Assembly: GCA_964392295.1 (NCBI GenBank)
Contig: CAYMQA010000020.1
Span: 13,372 to 77,371, forward strand
DNA from: an uncultured Caldilinea sp.
GTDB taxonomy: Bacteria > Chloroflexota > Anaerolineae > Caldilineales > Caldilineaceae
Direction: 5' to 3'
Length of the DNA stretch: 64,000 nt
Numbering within the stretch: position 1 is the first letter of the stretch; the number at the start of each line of letters is the position of its first letter. Positions 30,786 through 41,430 of the stretch are shown piece by piece. The notes under the pieces were generated by a model that saw only the letters and a list, made by a program, of their open reading frames with translations, searched no databases and was not told where the DNA came from. Position numbers and translations under genes: made by a program.

Positions 30786-31138
30786 GTCAACATGATCGGG
30801 CAGGTGACCCACGTACGCCGATTCAATGGGCCGGGGTGTTTTTTGCCTTGCTCTGTACGCTCCTGCTGGTGACTGGGGTTGATCTGATCCTCAGCAATCA
30901 GCACCTGGATATGGGGCTGGCGCTGGTGTTGCGCCTGCTGGCACCTGTGCTGGCGGGCCTATTAACGGCATTTTATGTGGGGACGCGTGCGGGGATTCAT
31001 GCGTTTATCGGCGGCATGATCAGTATCCCCCTGCTGGCGCTATTCATTTTTCCAAGCAATTGGCAGAGTGCCGTGCTGGCGGGTGCACTCTGCGCACTGG
31101 CCGGCGCTCTTGGTGAAGTGATGCTGCGGCGAAGATGA
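30782..31138 (+). CDS. small membrane protein (hypothetical), translationally coupled to the GrdB-like gene
   Basis: 118 aa with 3-4 predicted TM helices. ATGA start/stop overlap with the upstream gene. Confidence 0.55.
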   Translation: MSQHDRAGDPRTPIQWAGVFFALLCTLLLVTGVDLILSNQHLDMGLALVLRLLAPVLAGLLTAFYVGTRAGIHAFIGGMISIPLLALFIFPSNWQSAVLAGALCALAGALGEVMLRRR

Positions 31139-31314
31139 ATCGCTAAAATTCCGAATAGCAGCATTGTGGCCTGGGCCGTGGGAAGTTCGACTCACGGCTT
31201 TTCTATTGCAAGAAATGCAAGCTTGGCGCTTCCCTACACATCTACATGCTTGGTGGGTGTGGATGTGTGCAAACTGCTGAAGCTTGCGTAGAAAAGGAAC
31301 GAGAGGAAGAGGAT

Positions 31315-33189
31315 ATGAACGCTACCAAATCTATCCAGGGGAACAATATGTACTCGCGCATGTTTCGTTATTTGCGTCCCTATTGGCGGCAGGTGCTGAT
31401 CGCGTATGTGTCGATGGCGCTCGCCACCCTGATCAATCTGTTTGTGCCGCAGATTATCAAGGGCGCCATTGATGAGGGGGTTGCATCGGGCAATGCGCGC
31501 GTGCTCTTTGTGGCTGGCGCGTGGATTTTGGCGATTGCCGTTGTGCGCGGGATTGTTTCCTTTGGCCAGCGCTACTATGGCGAGTGGTTGAGCCATCGCG
31601 TCGCCTATGATCTACGCAACCATTTTTATAGCAGTGTGCAAAATCTACCTTTTGCCTTTCATGATCAGGCTAAGACCGGCGACCTCATGAGCCGGGCCAC
31701 GGGGGATATTACCGAGACGGAGCGCTTTGTTGGCATTGGCTTGATGGACCTGATCGCCGTGGTGACCATGATGATTGGCGTGGTGGTGGCAATGGGGCTG
31801 GAAGATCTGCGCTTGACGCTGTTGGTCTTGCTGCCGCTGGTGGCGTTGGTGGTGTCGGCGATTCACTTTGGCAATCTCATGCGCCCCCTGTTCAAACGCA
31901 TCCAAGCGCAGATGGGCGCGCTCTCGTCGGTGATGCAGGAGAGCATGACCGGCATCGGTGTGGTGAAAGCCTTTGCGCGCGAACCTTTTGAATTTACCAA
32001 GTTTGACCGCGAAAATGACAAATGGTTTGATCAGCGCTACGCCTCGATCAAGCTGTGGGCGATCTACTGGCCACTTTTTAGTTTGATTCTGGCCGTAGCC
32101 ATTTTTCTGCTGCTCTGGTTTGGCGGCCCGCGCACGGTGAGCGGCGAAATCTCTGTGGGATCACTCTTTGCGCTCATCTCCTATGTGTTGATGCTCAATG
32201 GGCCGGTGCTGCGTATTGGTTTTCTGGTTAATATGGCGACCAGTGCCGGGGCCAGCGCATCGCGTATTTTTGAGATCATCGACACGCCCAACGAAATTGA
32301 AGAAGCCGCCGATGCACGGTCCCTTGTGGATCCGCGCGGCGAAGTGCGTTTTGATCAGGTTAGTTTTGCCTATCAAGAGGGACGCAGCATTCTGCGCGAT
32401 GTCAGCTTCCTGGCGCGCCCGAGTGAGGTGGTCGCCCTCATCGGTCCCACCGGCTCGGGCAAATCAACGATCATCAACCTGATCCCGCGCTTCTATGACC
32501 CTAGCACAGGTGTTGTCTCGGTTGATGGCCAGGATGTGCGCACCCTGCAGATCAACAGCTTGCGCAGCCAGATCGGGATTGTGCTGCAAGATCCCTTTCT
32601 CTTTAATGCGACAATTGCCGAGAACATTGCCTATGGCCGACCTGACGCGCCGCTGGATGAGATCATCGCCGCCGCCCAAGCCGCCCATGCCCACACCTTT
32701 ATTGAGAGCTTTCCCAAAGGATATGAAACAGTGGTCGGTGAACGTGGCGTAACGTTAAGCGGTGGGCAGAAGCAGCGTTTGGCCATTGCGCGCGCCCTGG
32801 TCTGCGACCCGCGCATCTTGATCCTGGATGACTCAACCAGCAGTGTAGACACAGAAACCGAACACTTGATCCAACAGGCATTGACGGTGCTAATGCAAGG
32901 GCGTACCACTTTTGTGATCGCGCAGCGCTTGCTCACCCTCAAGAGCGCTGACCAGATTCTGGTCTTGGACCGCGGCTCGATTGTGCAGCGTGGTCGCCAT
33001 GATGAACTCTTGGCCCAAGGTGGCCTCTATCGCCAAATTTATGACCTGCAATTGCGTGATCAAGAGGAATTCCTGGCCCTCCAACAGGCAGAAGCCAACG
33101 AACAAGTGACCCCCGCGGGCAATGGACATGAAGCTGGATATGATGAAAGCGGGCAACCCGTTCCTGCGGCGCAGGGAGAGATGAGATAA
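31315..33189 (+). CDS. ABC exporter, fused permease/ATPase (MsbA/MdlB-like), subunit 1
   Basis: 6-TM domain plus an NBD with Walker A GPTGSGKST, signature LSGGQKQR and Walker B ILILDDSTS. ATG 31315 has the RBS GAGGAAGAGG. Confidence 0.85.
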   Translation: MNATKSIQGNNMYSRMFRYLRPYWRQVLIAYVSMALATLINLFVPQIIKGAIDEGVASGNARVLFVAGAWILAIAVVRGIVSFGQRYYGEWLSHRVAYDLRNHFYSSVQNLPFAFHDQAKTGDLMSRATGDITETERFVGIGLMDLIAVVTMMIGVVVAMGLEDLRLTLLVLLPLVALVVSAIHFGNLMRPLFKRIQAQMGALSSVMQESMTGIGVVKAFAREPFEFTKFDRENDKWFDQRYASIKLWAIYWPLFSLILAVAIFLLLWFGGPRTVSGEISVGSLFALISYVLMLNGPVLRIGFLVNMATSAGASASRIFEIIDTPNEIEEAADARSLVDPRGEVRFDQVSFAYQEGRSILRDVSFLARPSEVVALIGPTGSGKSTIINLIPRFYDPSTGVVSVDGQDVRTLQINSLRSQIGIVLQDPFLFNATIAENIAYGRPDAPLDEIIAAAQAAHAHTFIESFPKGYETVVGERGVTLSGGQKQRLAIARALVCDPRILILDDSTSSVDTETEHLIQQALTVLMQGRTTFVIAQRLLTLKSADQILVLDRGSIVQRGRHDELLAQGGLYRQIYDLQLRDQEEFLALQQAEANEQVTPAGNGHEAGYDESGQPVPAAQGEMR

Positions 33190-33193
33190 CCCT

Positions 33194-35098
33194 ATGACAA
33201 CCCAAACAACCAATCGAATGGATACGCCAAATAATCGCGGCTGGCTTTTTGGCAACCGACTGAGTGCTGAGGAACAAGAACGGCTGGCGCGCGAAGATCG
33301 CCTGCGCGATCTCCTGCCCGATGATGAAGATGAATCAGCCGGTGCCTCCTATGATTCACGCCTAACCGGTCGCCTGATTCGCTACCTCAAGCCCTATCTC
33401 GCCCATACCCTCTGGGCCGTGGTCTTTATGTCGGTCTCGTCGCTACTCCATGTGGCCGGGCCGTGGTTGATCGGCCGCGCCATCGATGATGGCATCCGCG
33501 GCGGTTCGCTGGAACAGTTGCGTTGGTGGACGCTCTTTTTTATGATTGCGGCGGTGGCCGAATGGGTGACCAACCTGGCGCGTATTCAGTTGATGGCTTA
33601 TGCTGGCACCAAGGTGGTGGCCGATATGCGTTCCGAACTGTTCCGCCACCTGCACAAGCTCTCGCTCAATTTTCACAACAACTACAGTGTGGGGCGCTTG
33701 ATGAGCCGGCTGATCAGTGATGTGGGCATTTTGCAGGACTTTGTCACCTGGTCGATCACCGGACTGGCGCGCTCTGGCTTTATTCTCATCGGCGTGATCA
33801 TCGCTATGCTGGTGCTGAATTGGCAATTGGCATTGGTCACCTTTGTGCTCATGCCGTTAATGCTCTGGCTGACCGAGTTTTGGCGTGTGCGTGTGCGTTC
33901 GGCCTATCGGGCGACACGGATGCGCCTAGCCCTGATCAACGGCTACCTCAATGAGTCGATCTCGGGGATACGCATCACCCAGAGCTTTACGCGTGAGGCG
34001 CGCAACTATCGGCACTTTGACGATCTCAACCGCTCGTTTTTTGATGCCAACATCGGGGCCACCTGGCTTACTGCGGTTTTCTTTCCTGGGGTGGATTTTC
34101 TCGGCTCACTGGCAACCGCGCTGGTGATCGGCGTGGGCGGCTGGCTGGTGGTGGGCGATGCACTGACCGCGGGCACGCTGGTTGCCTTTGTGCTCTATGT
34201 CGATCGCTTTTTTGAGCCGATCCGTGAGTTGGCGCAGCGCTATAATACCTTCCAGGCAACCATGACCGGCTGTGAACGGGTCTTTCATCTGCTCGACACC
34301 CAGCCTGATTTGCAAGACATGCCTGATGCCCAACTGCTGCCGCCGATTCGCGGCCATGTAGCCTTTGACAATGTTGCGTTTTGGTATAAAGAGGATACGC
34401 CTGTCTTGCGCGGTATTACCCTCCATGCCGAACCGGGCCAACGCATTGCCCTGGTAGGCGAGACAGGGGCGGGTAAGAGTACTGTTATTCGTCTGCTGGC
34501 GCGCTTCTTTGATGTGACCGGCGGCGCAGTCAAGATTGATGGGCACGACATTCGCCAAGTCACCATGGCCAGTTTACGATCGCAACTAGGCATTGTTTTG
34601 CAGGATACCTTTCTCTTTAGCGGACCCCTGATGGAGAATATCCGTTATGGTCGGCTCGATGCAACCGACGAGGAAGTGATTGCGGCCGCCAAGGCCGTGG
34701 GTGCCCATGACTTTATCATGAAACTGGAGGATGATTACCAGACGGAAATTGAAGAGAATGGCTCGAACCTGAGCGTGGGCCAGCGGCAGATTCTCTCCTT
34801 TGCGCGTGCCCTGCTGGCTGAACCGCGCATTCTGATTCTGGATGAGGCGACCAGCAGTGTGGACACCGCCACCGAACGCGTGATCGACCGCGCGCTCGAT
34901 CATCTGATGGAAGGGCGCACCAGTTTTGTCATCGCCCACCGTTTGAGCACCATTGTCAACGCTGATAAGATTGTCGTGATGGACAAGGGGCAAATTGTGG
35001 AATTGGGCAATCATGCCGAGTTGCTGGCACAGCGCGGTCGCTATTATAATCTCTACACCATGCAGTGGGCTGCCCAGGCTGGGGAAGAGCAGAATTAA
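33194..35098 (+). CDS. ABC exporter, fused permease/ATPase, subunit 2 (probable heterodimer partner)
   Basis: 634 aa with Walker A GETGAGKST, signature LSVGQRQ and Walker B ILILDEATS. It lies 4 nt after subunit 1. Confidence 0.85.
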   Translation: MTTQTTNRMDTPNNRGWLFGNRLSAEEQERLAREDRLRDLLPDDEDESAGASYDSRLTGRLIRYLKPYLAHTLWAVVFMSVSSLLHVAGPWLIGRAIDDGIRGGSLEQLRWWTLFFMIAAVAEWVTNLARIQLMAYAGTKVVADMRSELFRHLHKLSLNFHNNYSVGRLMSRLISDVGILQDFVTWSITGLARSGFILIGVIIAMLVLNWQLALVTFVLMPLMLWLTEFWRVRVRSAYRATRMRLALINGYLNESISGIRITQSFTREARNYRHFDDLNRSFFDANIGATWLTAVFFPGVDFLGSLATALVIGVGGWLVVGDALTAGTLVAFVLYVDRFFEPIRELAQRYNTFQATMTGCERVFHLLDTQPDLQDMPDAQLLPPIRGHVAFDNVAFWYKEDTPVLRGITLHAEPGQRIALVGETGAGKSTVIRLLARFFDVTGGAVKIDGHDIRQVTMASLRSQLGIVLQDTFLFSGPLMENIRYGRLDATDEEVIAAAKAVGAHDFIMKLEDDYQTEIEENGSNLSVGQRQILSFARALLAEPRILILDEATSSVDTATERVIDRALDHLMEGRTSFVIAHRLSTIVNADKIVVMDKGQIVELGNHAELLAQRGRYYNLYTMQWAAQAGEEQN

Positions 35099-35118
35099 CA
35101 ATTGTCAATTGACAATTG
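35099..35118. promoter_or_regulatory. perfect 20-nt palindrome (candidate operator or hairpin)
   Basis: CAATTGTCAATTGACAATTG begins directly after the ABC exporter stop codon and lies 25 nt upstream of the MOSC gene start. Confidence 0.4.
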
Positions 35119-35142
35119 CTAATTGAATGTGACGAGGAACCA

Positions 35143-35697
35143 ATGACGATAGATAAACCTGGAAAAGTTACCGCCGTGAGTCGTAGCGGCGCTTACACCT
35201 TTAGCAAGCCGAACGAGGGGCAGATCCGCCTCTTGGCTGGGTTGGGTGTGGCGGGTGATGTACACATGGGTGAAACGGTCAAACATCGCTCGCGCATGGC
35301 GATCAATCCCGACCAACCGAACCTACGGCAAGTCCACTTGATTCACGCCGAGTTGCATGACGAACTGCACACAGCGGGCTTCACCATCACTGCCGGGCAG
35401 ATGGGCGAGAACATTACCACACGTGGCCTCGATCTGCTGGGGTTGCCCGTTGGCACGCGGCTGCACTTGGGCGCGACGGCTGTTGTCGAGGTGACTGGTC
35501 TACGCAATCCCTGCGCCCAACTAAACGGGTTGCACCCCGGCCTGATGGCCGCTGTCCTTGATCACGATTCGGAAGGCAACTTGATCCTGAAAGCGGGCAT
35601 CATGAGTGTCGTGCTGGAGAGTGGCGACGTCAAGCCGGGCGATGCGATTCGGGTTGAGTTGCCACCGCTTCCCCATCGCGTGCTCGAGCGGGTGTAG
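35143..35697 (+). CDS. MOSC domain-containing protein
   Basis: 184 aa with a conserved Cys context (GLRNPCAQL) and a C-terminal beta-barrel-type sequence. ATG 35143 has a GAGGAA RBS. Confidence 0.78.
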   Translation: MTIDKPGKVTAVSRSGAYTFSKPNEGQIRLLAGLGVAGDVHMGETVKHRSRMAINPDQPNLRQVHLIHAELHDELHTAGFTITAGQMGENITTRGLDLLGLPVGTRLHLGATAVVEVTGLRNPCAQLNGLHPGLMAAVLDHDSEGNLILKAGIMSVVLESGDVKPGDAIRVELPPLPHRVLERV

Positions 35698-35765
35698 GGG
35701 AGTCGGCTTGTCAAAGAAAATCTGGTTAGTGAACTGCCTGATAAGCGAAAGGAGTGGCTCAACCG

Positions 35766-36356
35766 ATGTCCGACCAGCGCATTGGCAAATATGCTTGTTT
35801 GGAAATTGAACGCAAATATCTGCTGGATCGCCTGCCGGTAGATCTGCATGAGCAAGCACCGCATTGGCAGATTACCGATCACTATCTCGTCAACACGCGA
35901 CTACGCTTGCGTCGTATGACGCGTGTTGCTTCTGATCAGGTGCTGTACAAACTGGGCCAAAAATATCGCACTGATACGCAAGCACAGACCCAAGCCACCA
36001 TGACCAATCTCTACTTGACCGCGGCAGAATATCAATGTCTGGCAACGTTGGAAGCCAAACAGATCGTTAAAAAGCGCTATGACTATGTCTATCAGGGCCG
36101 CACCTATGGCATTGATCTCTTTGGCGAACAACTGACTGGGTTGATTCTGGCCGAAATTGAATGCGCGACCATGGCCGAAGTGGATGGATTGTCGTTGCCG
36201 GCTTTTGCGCGGCAAGATGTGACAGACGATCCATTCTTTGGCGGCGGTTCGCTCGCTGCCATCGACCGTGCCACGTTACAAGCGGCACTCCAAGCGCGCC
36301 TCTGCGCGCCAGGGATGCTCTATGAATCGACATGGTCTTCTACGGCGCTTGCGTAG
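35766..36356 (+). CDS. CYTH-domain protein (CyaB/ThTPase-like triphosphate tunnel metalloenzyme)
   Basis: N-terminal EIERKYLL (ExExK signature), followed by LRLRR and KKRY motifs. Confidence 0.75.
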   Translation: MSDQRIGKYACLEIERKYLLDRLPVDLHEQAPHWQITDHYLVNTRLRLRRMTRVASDQVLYKLGQKYRTDTQAQTQATMTNLYLTAAEYQCLATLEAKQIVKKRYDYVYQGRTYGIDLFGEQLTGLILAEIECATMAEVDGLSLPAFARQDVTDDPFFGGGSLAAIDRATLQAALQARLCAPGMLYESTWSSTALA

Positions 36357-36843
36357 TCTGCGCAATTGGGAATTCCTTAACATTTTTCTGTTGCCTGCCT
36401 TTCTCTGGTATATTTTGGGCGAGGCTTCAGCCGCGACTTGGCTGCTCTATGGTTCGGCCATGGGTTTGATCTGTTGGTTGCTGGTCCAGGGCACGCTCTA
36501 TTGGCATCTCAAGCTGCGCGCCACCGCACGCAAAACGCGCACATTGCCTGCCTTTTTTGTGCCCACCTTTATGACTTTCCGCATGAGCAATCTGGTCTGT
36601 TTTGTACTTTTCCCTTTGTTGGCTGGCGATCTCCGCTCGACTGGGCAAATCCATACCAGTCAACTAGTGGGCGCGAGCTTGCTTTGGTTCTTTGCGATCC
36701 TCGAGCATATCAATTACTATCATCTCCAACTGATGCATGACAACCCACATGACATCCGTTATTTGATCCAACACAAGCGCCTGCGTCCATCCCCACTTGC
36801 TACTGATCTAGCCCATGCGCGTAACCTGAAAAGAAATCTATGA
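36322..36843 (+). CDS. 4-TM membrane protein (hypothetical)
   Basis: 173 aa from ATG 36322. The upstream part of the tracked ORF overlaps the CYTH gene. TM-rich, with a HINYYHLQLMH motif. Confidence 0.5.
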   Translation: MNRHGLLRRLRSLRNWEFLNIFLLPAFLWYILGEASAATWLLYGSAMGLICWLLVQGTLYWHLKLRATARKTRTLPAFFVPTFMTFRMSNLVCFVLFPLLAGDLRSTGQIHTSQLVGASLLWFFAILEHINYYHLQLMHDNPHDIRYLIQHKRLRPSPLATDLAHARNLKRNL

Positions 36844-37316
36844 CAAGCGACCGTGTAACCTTTCCCAATCAGTATACCCTTCTTCTCCCCGCTCAAACCG
36901 TGGCGGCGATCCAAGAGGCCAAAGCTAAGTATGCCACGCCGCTGTGGCAATTTCGCGGGGAACGCGTCCTGAAATTGGGCGGACATCAGTGGATCTATCC
37001 CTGTGATGTGGCTACGGCACACACCCTTTTTGCCTTGCATCCAACAGGTATCATTGTCACGGCCTGGAAGCTCTTCAATCGGGGCTGGTTGGCTGCTGCC
37101 GAAGCCTATTTTATTGACAGCGCAACCTATCCCAACCACCCGCGCCATTGGGGTCAGCAGGTGATTCCCTTTGTAGATGAAGATCGAGACTCGCAACAAA
37201 TTGGCTGGGTACGCATCAATCAATATACGACCATGGACAGCAATTTTGCCGTGTTTGTCCAATTCACCTTGCTCGATTTGTTTGAGCCGCGGCCTTTGCC
37301 CAGTGAATACGCGTAA
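36840..37316 (+). CDS. hypothetical protein
   Basis: 158 aa with an ATGA overlap with the upstream gene. I recognise no family. Confidence 0.5.
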   Translation: MTSDRVTFPNQYTLLLPAQTVAAIQEAKAKYATPLWQFRGERVLKLGGHQWIYPCDVATAHTLFALHPTGIIVTAWKLFNRGWLAAAEAYFIDSATYPNHPRHWGQQVIPFVDEDRDSQQIGWVRINQYTTMDSNFAVFVQFTLLDLFEPRPLPSEYA

Positions 37317-37394
37317 ATGTTATGGTGCATTGGCCATGGTCAACGCGCCATTGCTCATGGTTAATTTTCAACGGTCTTTACGACCGGTCTAGAG

Positions 37395-38630
37395 GTGATA
37401 GCGGACATGACGGATGAATATAAACAGATTGTCTACCGCACAATCTTGAATGCACAAGCTTTGATAGACGCCACCTTTTTGCGCGCCACCTTCACCGGGC
37501 GGCAGCATGGTCAAACGGTGCCTTGGATAAAAGTCGTGTTGCGCCCGGTCGAGATCAAAGGTGAAACCTGTATCCAATTTGCCTTGTATGATGAGAAAAA
37601 ATGTACTACCAAGAATTACAATGCGCGTGCTTTAGGCCACCAATTGGATGCATTGTTAGCCTTGCCTTTTCGTAACATTCACGTTGCTACCACCGTCGGC
37701 GATACACAAATTAATTTTACCAAGGCTGGCAAGCCGATTGTACAGCGCGCCAAAGCTACCCAAGCTGTGGCTGCACCGGATCTATCCCACGATCGCGTCA
37801 AAGGGTTTGCCTTGCCCAGTGGCACGCCCGATGCCTATTTGCAAGCCATTGGGTTTATGACCCAAGAGGGTCAGATCAAAGCGGATAAACAGCGCAAATT
37901 CAAACAGATCAATGAATTTCTCAAACTGTTGCAGCAGACCGACGAACTCGAAAAATTTGCCAAACCCCTGCTCGAGGTGGTTGACTTTGGCTGTGGCAAC
38001 GCCTATTTGACCTTTGCTGTCTACCATTATCTCAATCACATTCTGCACATTCCGGCGCGCATGGTGGGCGTGGATGTGCGGGGCGAGCCGCTGGAAAAAC
38101 ATGCGCGCACCGTCGCAAGCTTGAATTGGCCCAATTTCTCGTTTGCCCAAAGTACAATCGCCACCTATGTGCCCGCTACGCCGCCCGATATCACGCTGGC
38201 ACTCCATGCCTGTGATACTGCCACCGACGAAGCCTTGGCCCAAGGTATTCAATGGGGCAGCCAGATCATCGTCAGTGTGCCCTGTTGCCACCATGATCTC
38301 CAGGCGCAACTGGCTAAATTGCCTACGCCCGAGCCATTCCGTGCGGTGTCGCGCCATGGCATTCTGGGCGAACGTATGGGCGATGTGTTGACAGACGCCC
38401 TGCGCGCCCTGATCCTGCGCCTCATGGGCTATCAGACCGATGTGCTGCAATTTGTTTCGGCGGAACATACGGCCAAAAATGTAATGATCCGTGCTGTCAA
38501 GGCGGATTTGCCGCTGTCAACGTCATTGGTGCAAGAATATGCGGCCATGAAAGCGTACTGGCAGGTGACCCCACACCTGGAACTGCTCCTGGGTGATAGA
38601 TTGACGGCACGGTTGAACTTAGCTGCCTAA
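37395..38630 (+). CDS. SAM-dependent methyltransferase (class I fold) with an N-terminal extension
   Basis: Motif I VVDFGCGNAYLT and an acidic post-I residue (VGVD). 411 aa. Confidence 0.7.
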   Translation: MIADMTDEYKQIVYRTILNAQALIDATFLRATFTGRQHGQTVPWIKVVLRPVEIKGETCIQFALYDEKKCTTKNYNARALGHQLDALLALPFRNIHVATTVGDTQINFTKAGKPIVQRAKATQAVAAPDLSHDRVKGFALPSGTPDAYLQAIGFMTQEGQIKADKQRKFKQINEFLKLLQQTDELEKFAKPLLEVVDFGCGNAYLTFAVYHYLNHILHIPARMVGVDVRGEPLEKHARTVASLNWPNFSFAQSTIATYVPATPPDITLALHACDTATDEALAQGIQWGSQIIVSVPCCHHDLQAQLAKLPTPEPFRAVSRHGILGERMGDVLTDALRALILRLMGYQTDVLQFVSAEHTAKNVMIRAVKADLPLSTSLVQEYAAMKAYWQVTPHLELLLGDRLTARLNLAA

Positions 38631-38661
38631 CGCGCCTGGGGAATACAAGCGAATAAGAACT

Positions 38662-39261
38662 ATGAACATCATTAATGTTGGCTATGATTCAACAAACTAT
38701 TATCTGATCAGCAATCACACCACTCGTTTGCTGATCGATGTTGGCTTTCCTGGCACATTGCCCAAATTGTTACATACCCTCAAGCGCAAAGGTGTGGCGC
38801 TCACTGACATCCGCTACTTACTGTGTACCCATTATCACCCGGATCATGCAGGGCTGGCGCAAGAAGTGAAGCAGCAAGGGATCAAACTGCTTGTGCTTGA
38901 AAATCAATTGACTGCGCTGGCCACGCTCGGCAGCTATCTGAAACCCAGCGACAACTATCGTCCGATTGATCTGGCCGATGCGCACCAATGGCGTTTCGCT
39001 GAGAGCCGCAAGTTTCTGCGCGGGATGGGGATCGAAGGTGAAATTATTTGTACCCCCGGTCATTCTGAGGATAGTATCACCTTGGTGCTTGACGAAGGCC
39101 GCGCCTTTACCGGCGACTTGACCCATCCCGCGCAGACCGCGGAAGATCCGCAGGATATGGCGGCCACTAGCTGGCACCGCATCCGCGCCTTGGGCATAGA
39201 AACCATTTATCCCGGACATGGGCCCATTCAGAAAGTAGCGCAACTATGGCCCGTGTCCTAA
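38662..39261 (+). CDS. MBL-fold metallo-hydrolase
   Basis: HxHxDH motif (THYHPDHAG) and later His/Asp ligands (TPGHSEDS, GDL, PGHG). Confidence 0.8.
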   Translation: MNIINVGYDSTNYYLISNHTTRLLIDVGFPGTLPKLLHTLKRKGVALTDIRYLLCTHYHPDHAGLAQEVKQQGIKLLVLENQLTALATLGSYLKPSDNYRPIDLADAHQWRFAESRKFLRGMGIEGEIICTPGHSEDSITLVLDEGRAFTGDLTHPAQTAEDPQDMAATSWHRIRALGIETIYPGHGPIQKVAQLWPVS

Positions 39262-40010
39262 AAATTGTTCGCATCATCTGGATCACATCCGCACTCTGTT
39301 TTATGGGGTGGCTGGTCTACTCGATGCAGAGCCGGGGCTTTCCGGCCACTGTCCTGACCAGCGATGACCAAATTACAGTCACCGATACTGCTGCCTGGAT
39401 CGGCTTTATCCCCACGACAAATGCACAAACAACCGGCTTCCTCTTTTATCCTGGTGCGCTGGTGGATCCGCTCGCCTACGCCCCGCTGGCCCGGCAACTG
39501 GCAGAGCAGCAATTGCCTGTTTATATCATCAAACTACCCTTTCGTTCGGCGGCCTTTGGCCAACAAGAGGCCACGGTTTTCGCACAGACGCGTCAATTGA
39601 TGACAGATACCGCTACGATTGCGCATTGGGTTCTGGGTGGACATTCACGCGGTGGGGGGATGGCAGCGCGTTTTGCGCGCCTTTATCCTGATCAATTACA
39701 GGGCTTGATCCTGATCGGCACCTCGTTGCCCAAAGAAAAGGCCTTTGATCTCTCGAATATCACCCTTCCCGTCATGAAAATTTATGCCACGTTCGATGGT
39801 CTGGCGAGTGTGGCAGAGGTACAGGCAAACAGTCGATACTTGCCCCCTGATACCACCTGGGTTGAAATTCAGGGTGGCAACCATGCCCAGTTTGCTTATT
39901 ACGGCTCACAGCTTGGTGACAACGCGGCCGAGATCAGTCGTGCACAACAACAAGCATTGACACTGGCGGCAATACTTGCCTGGTTACGTCAGATTGGACA
40001 AATCTCATGA
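39246..40010 (+). CDS. alpha/beta hydrolase
   Basis: 254 aa with an N-terminal TM/signal segment, a nucleophile elbow GGHSRGG and a late GGNH motif. Confidence 0.7.
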   Translation: MARVLKIVRIIWITSALCFMGWLVYSMQSRGFPATVLTSDDQITVTDTAAWIGFIPTTNAQTTGFLFYPGALVDPLAYAPLARQLAEQQLPVYIIKLPFRSAAFGQQEATVFAQTRQLMTDTATIAHWVLGGHSRGGGMAARFARLYPDQLQGLILIGTSLPKEKAFDLSNITLPVMKIYATFDGLASVAEVQANSRYLPPDTTWVEIQGGNHAQFAYYGSQLGDNAAEISRAQQQALTLAAILAWLRQIGQIS

Positions 40011-40444
40011 CACAAGATCTGAACAAAGCGCGCAGCGCGTGCCCTGAATGTGGCGCACCCTTGGTGGAAAGCATGACTTGTTGGGAGCAATTGGGCGCCA
40101 TTATTGCTTGGGAATATCAAGACCCTGAATTGCTGGCCGAACATTTTCTGACTGTCGCCTCCTATAACCTTCAGCATCCGGCCCAGTTTACCGACGAGGC
40201 GTTGGCAGGGCTGCGTGTTGCTTTGATTGACCGCCTTGATCATGACGTGTCCGTCGAAAACTTGCGACGACGCAATTCACATACCTATGAAGGCAATAAG
40301 CGTGTTATGAAACCAGCCGCCGAATGGCACCCTGTGTTGCGCCATTGGACCATGACGATTGCCAATGTCTATCTGCCCGATCAACCGGAAGGTGCGGCGA
40401 CGCGCGTGCGGGCGTGGGCGGCTGCCATTCGGCGTGAACTGTAG
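40007..40444 (+). CDS. hypothetical protein with an N-terminal CxxC (zinc-ribbon-like) motif
   Basis: 145 aa. CPECGAPL near the N-terminus. ATGA overlap with the upstream gene. Confidence 0.5.
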   Translation: MTQDLNKARSACPECGAPLVESMTCWEQLGAIIAWEYQDPELLAEHFLTVASYNLQHPAQFTDEALAGLRVALIDRLDHDVSVENLRRRNSHTYEGNKRVMKPAAEWHPVLRHWTMTIANVYLPDQPEGAATRVRAWAAAIRREL

Positions 40445-40512
40445 GTTTGCCTTGTAAGCCATGGCTTACGAGTGCCTTGGTATATTTCCCTTCTTGTCGC
40501 CTGTTGGTTATT

Positions 40513-41346
40513 ATGTACAGATCGGCTACAATCCTATTTTCTGCCTTGGATCTCAAAAAGAAAGCAGCACTTACTGTGACAATTGATGGTATTGATCTTG
40601 TTTTCGTCGCTTTGGCGGCGGTCGCGGCTGGGGCGGTGAATGCCCTCGCCGGTGGCGGCACCTTGATCTCCTTTCCCGTATTGGTTGCCGTGGGCATCCC
40701 GCCGGTAGCTGCCAATATTACCAATACGGTTGCACTCTGTCCGGGTTATCTTGGTGCGACCTTTGCCCAATTGAAGGATCTGCGCGGGCAGGAGCAACGG
40801 CTGCGTTTGCTGCTATGGATCAGCGTCGTGGGCGGTATCATTGGGGGTCTCTTGTTGCTCAATAGTGGCGAACGGATTTTTCGTCAACTAGTGCCCTACC
40901 TGATCCTGCTGGCGGCGGCGCTGTTGGCGGCGCAAGGTCCGGTGCGCGCCTGGATCATGCGCCGCTCTGCTACATCTGGTGCGGCCCCGGCCTCTGAAGC
41001 ATGGGCCCTATTGCCAGTGGGTTTGGCTGCGGTTTACGGCGGCTATTTTGGCGCAGGGCTCAGCGTGATCGTCCTGGCCGTGCTCGGCTTGGTGCTCGAC
41101 GATTCGCTGACCCGGCTAAATGCGTTGAAGCAAATTATTTCATTTAGTGTCAATATAGCGGCGGCCATCTTTTTTCTCTTTTCTGGCCAGGTGGTATGGC
41201 TGGTCGCGCTGGTGATGGCCGTTGGTGCGTTGCTTGGTGGGGTGTTGGGGGGCCGGTTGGCTGGGCGGATCAAACCCTCTGTCCTGCGCTGGCTTGTGGT
41301 GACGATCGGGATTGCCGTTGCGTTGATCTACTTGGTGCGCGGATAG
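40513..41346 (+). CDS. TauE/SafE-family (DUF81) anion exporter
   Basis: Polytopic, with the G-rich motif [22 protein letters not shown] 40513 is preferred over the tracked upstream start. Confidence 0.78.
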   Translation: MYRSATILFSALDLKKKAALTVTIDGIDLVFVALAAVAAGAVNALAGGGTLISFPVLVAVGIPPVAANITNTVALCPGYLGATFAQLKDLRGQEQRLRLLLWISVVGGIIGGLLLLNSGERIFRQLVPYLILLAAALLAAQGPVRAWIMRRSATSGAAPASEAWALLPVGLAAVYGGYFGAGLSVIVLAVLGLVLDDSLTRLNALKQIISFSVNIAAAIFFLFSGQVVWLVALVMAVGALLGGVLGGRLAGRIKPSVLRWLVVTIGIAVALIYLVRG

Positions 41347-41430
41347 GGGAGCGTGTGGCTTCGCGCTGACTGGCACGGCAGCGATTACCTCTGGAGAAAT
41401 ACCTATAGAGAAGAAGTGGAAATTTAGAAA

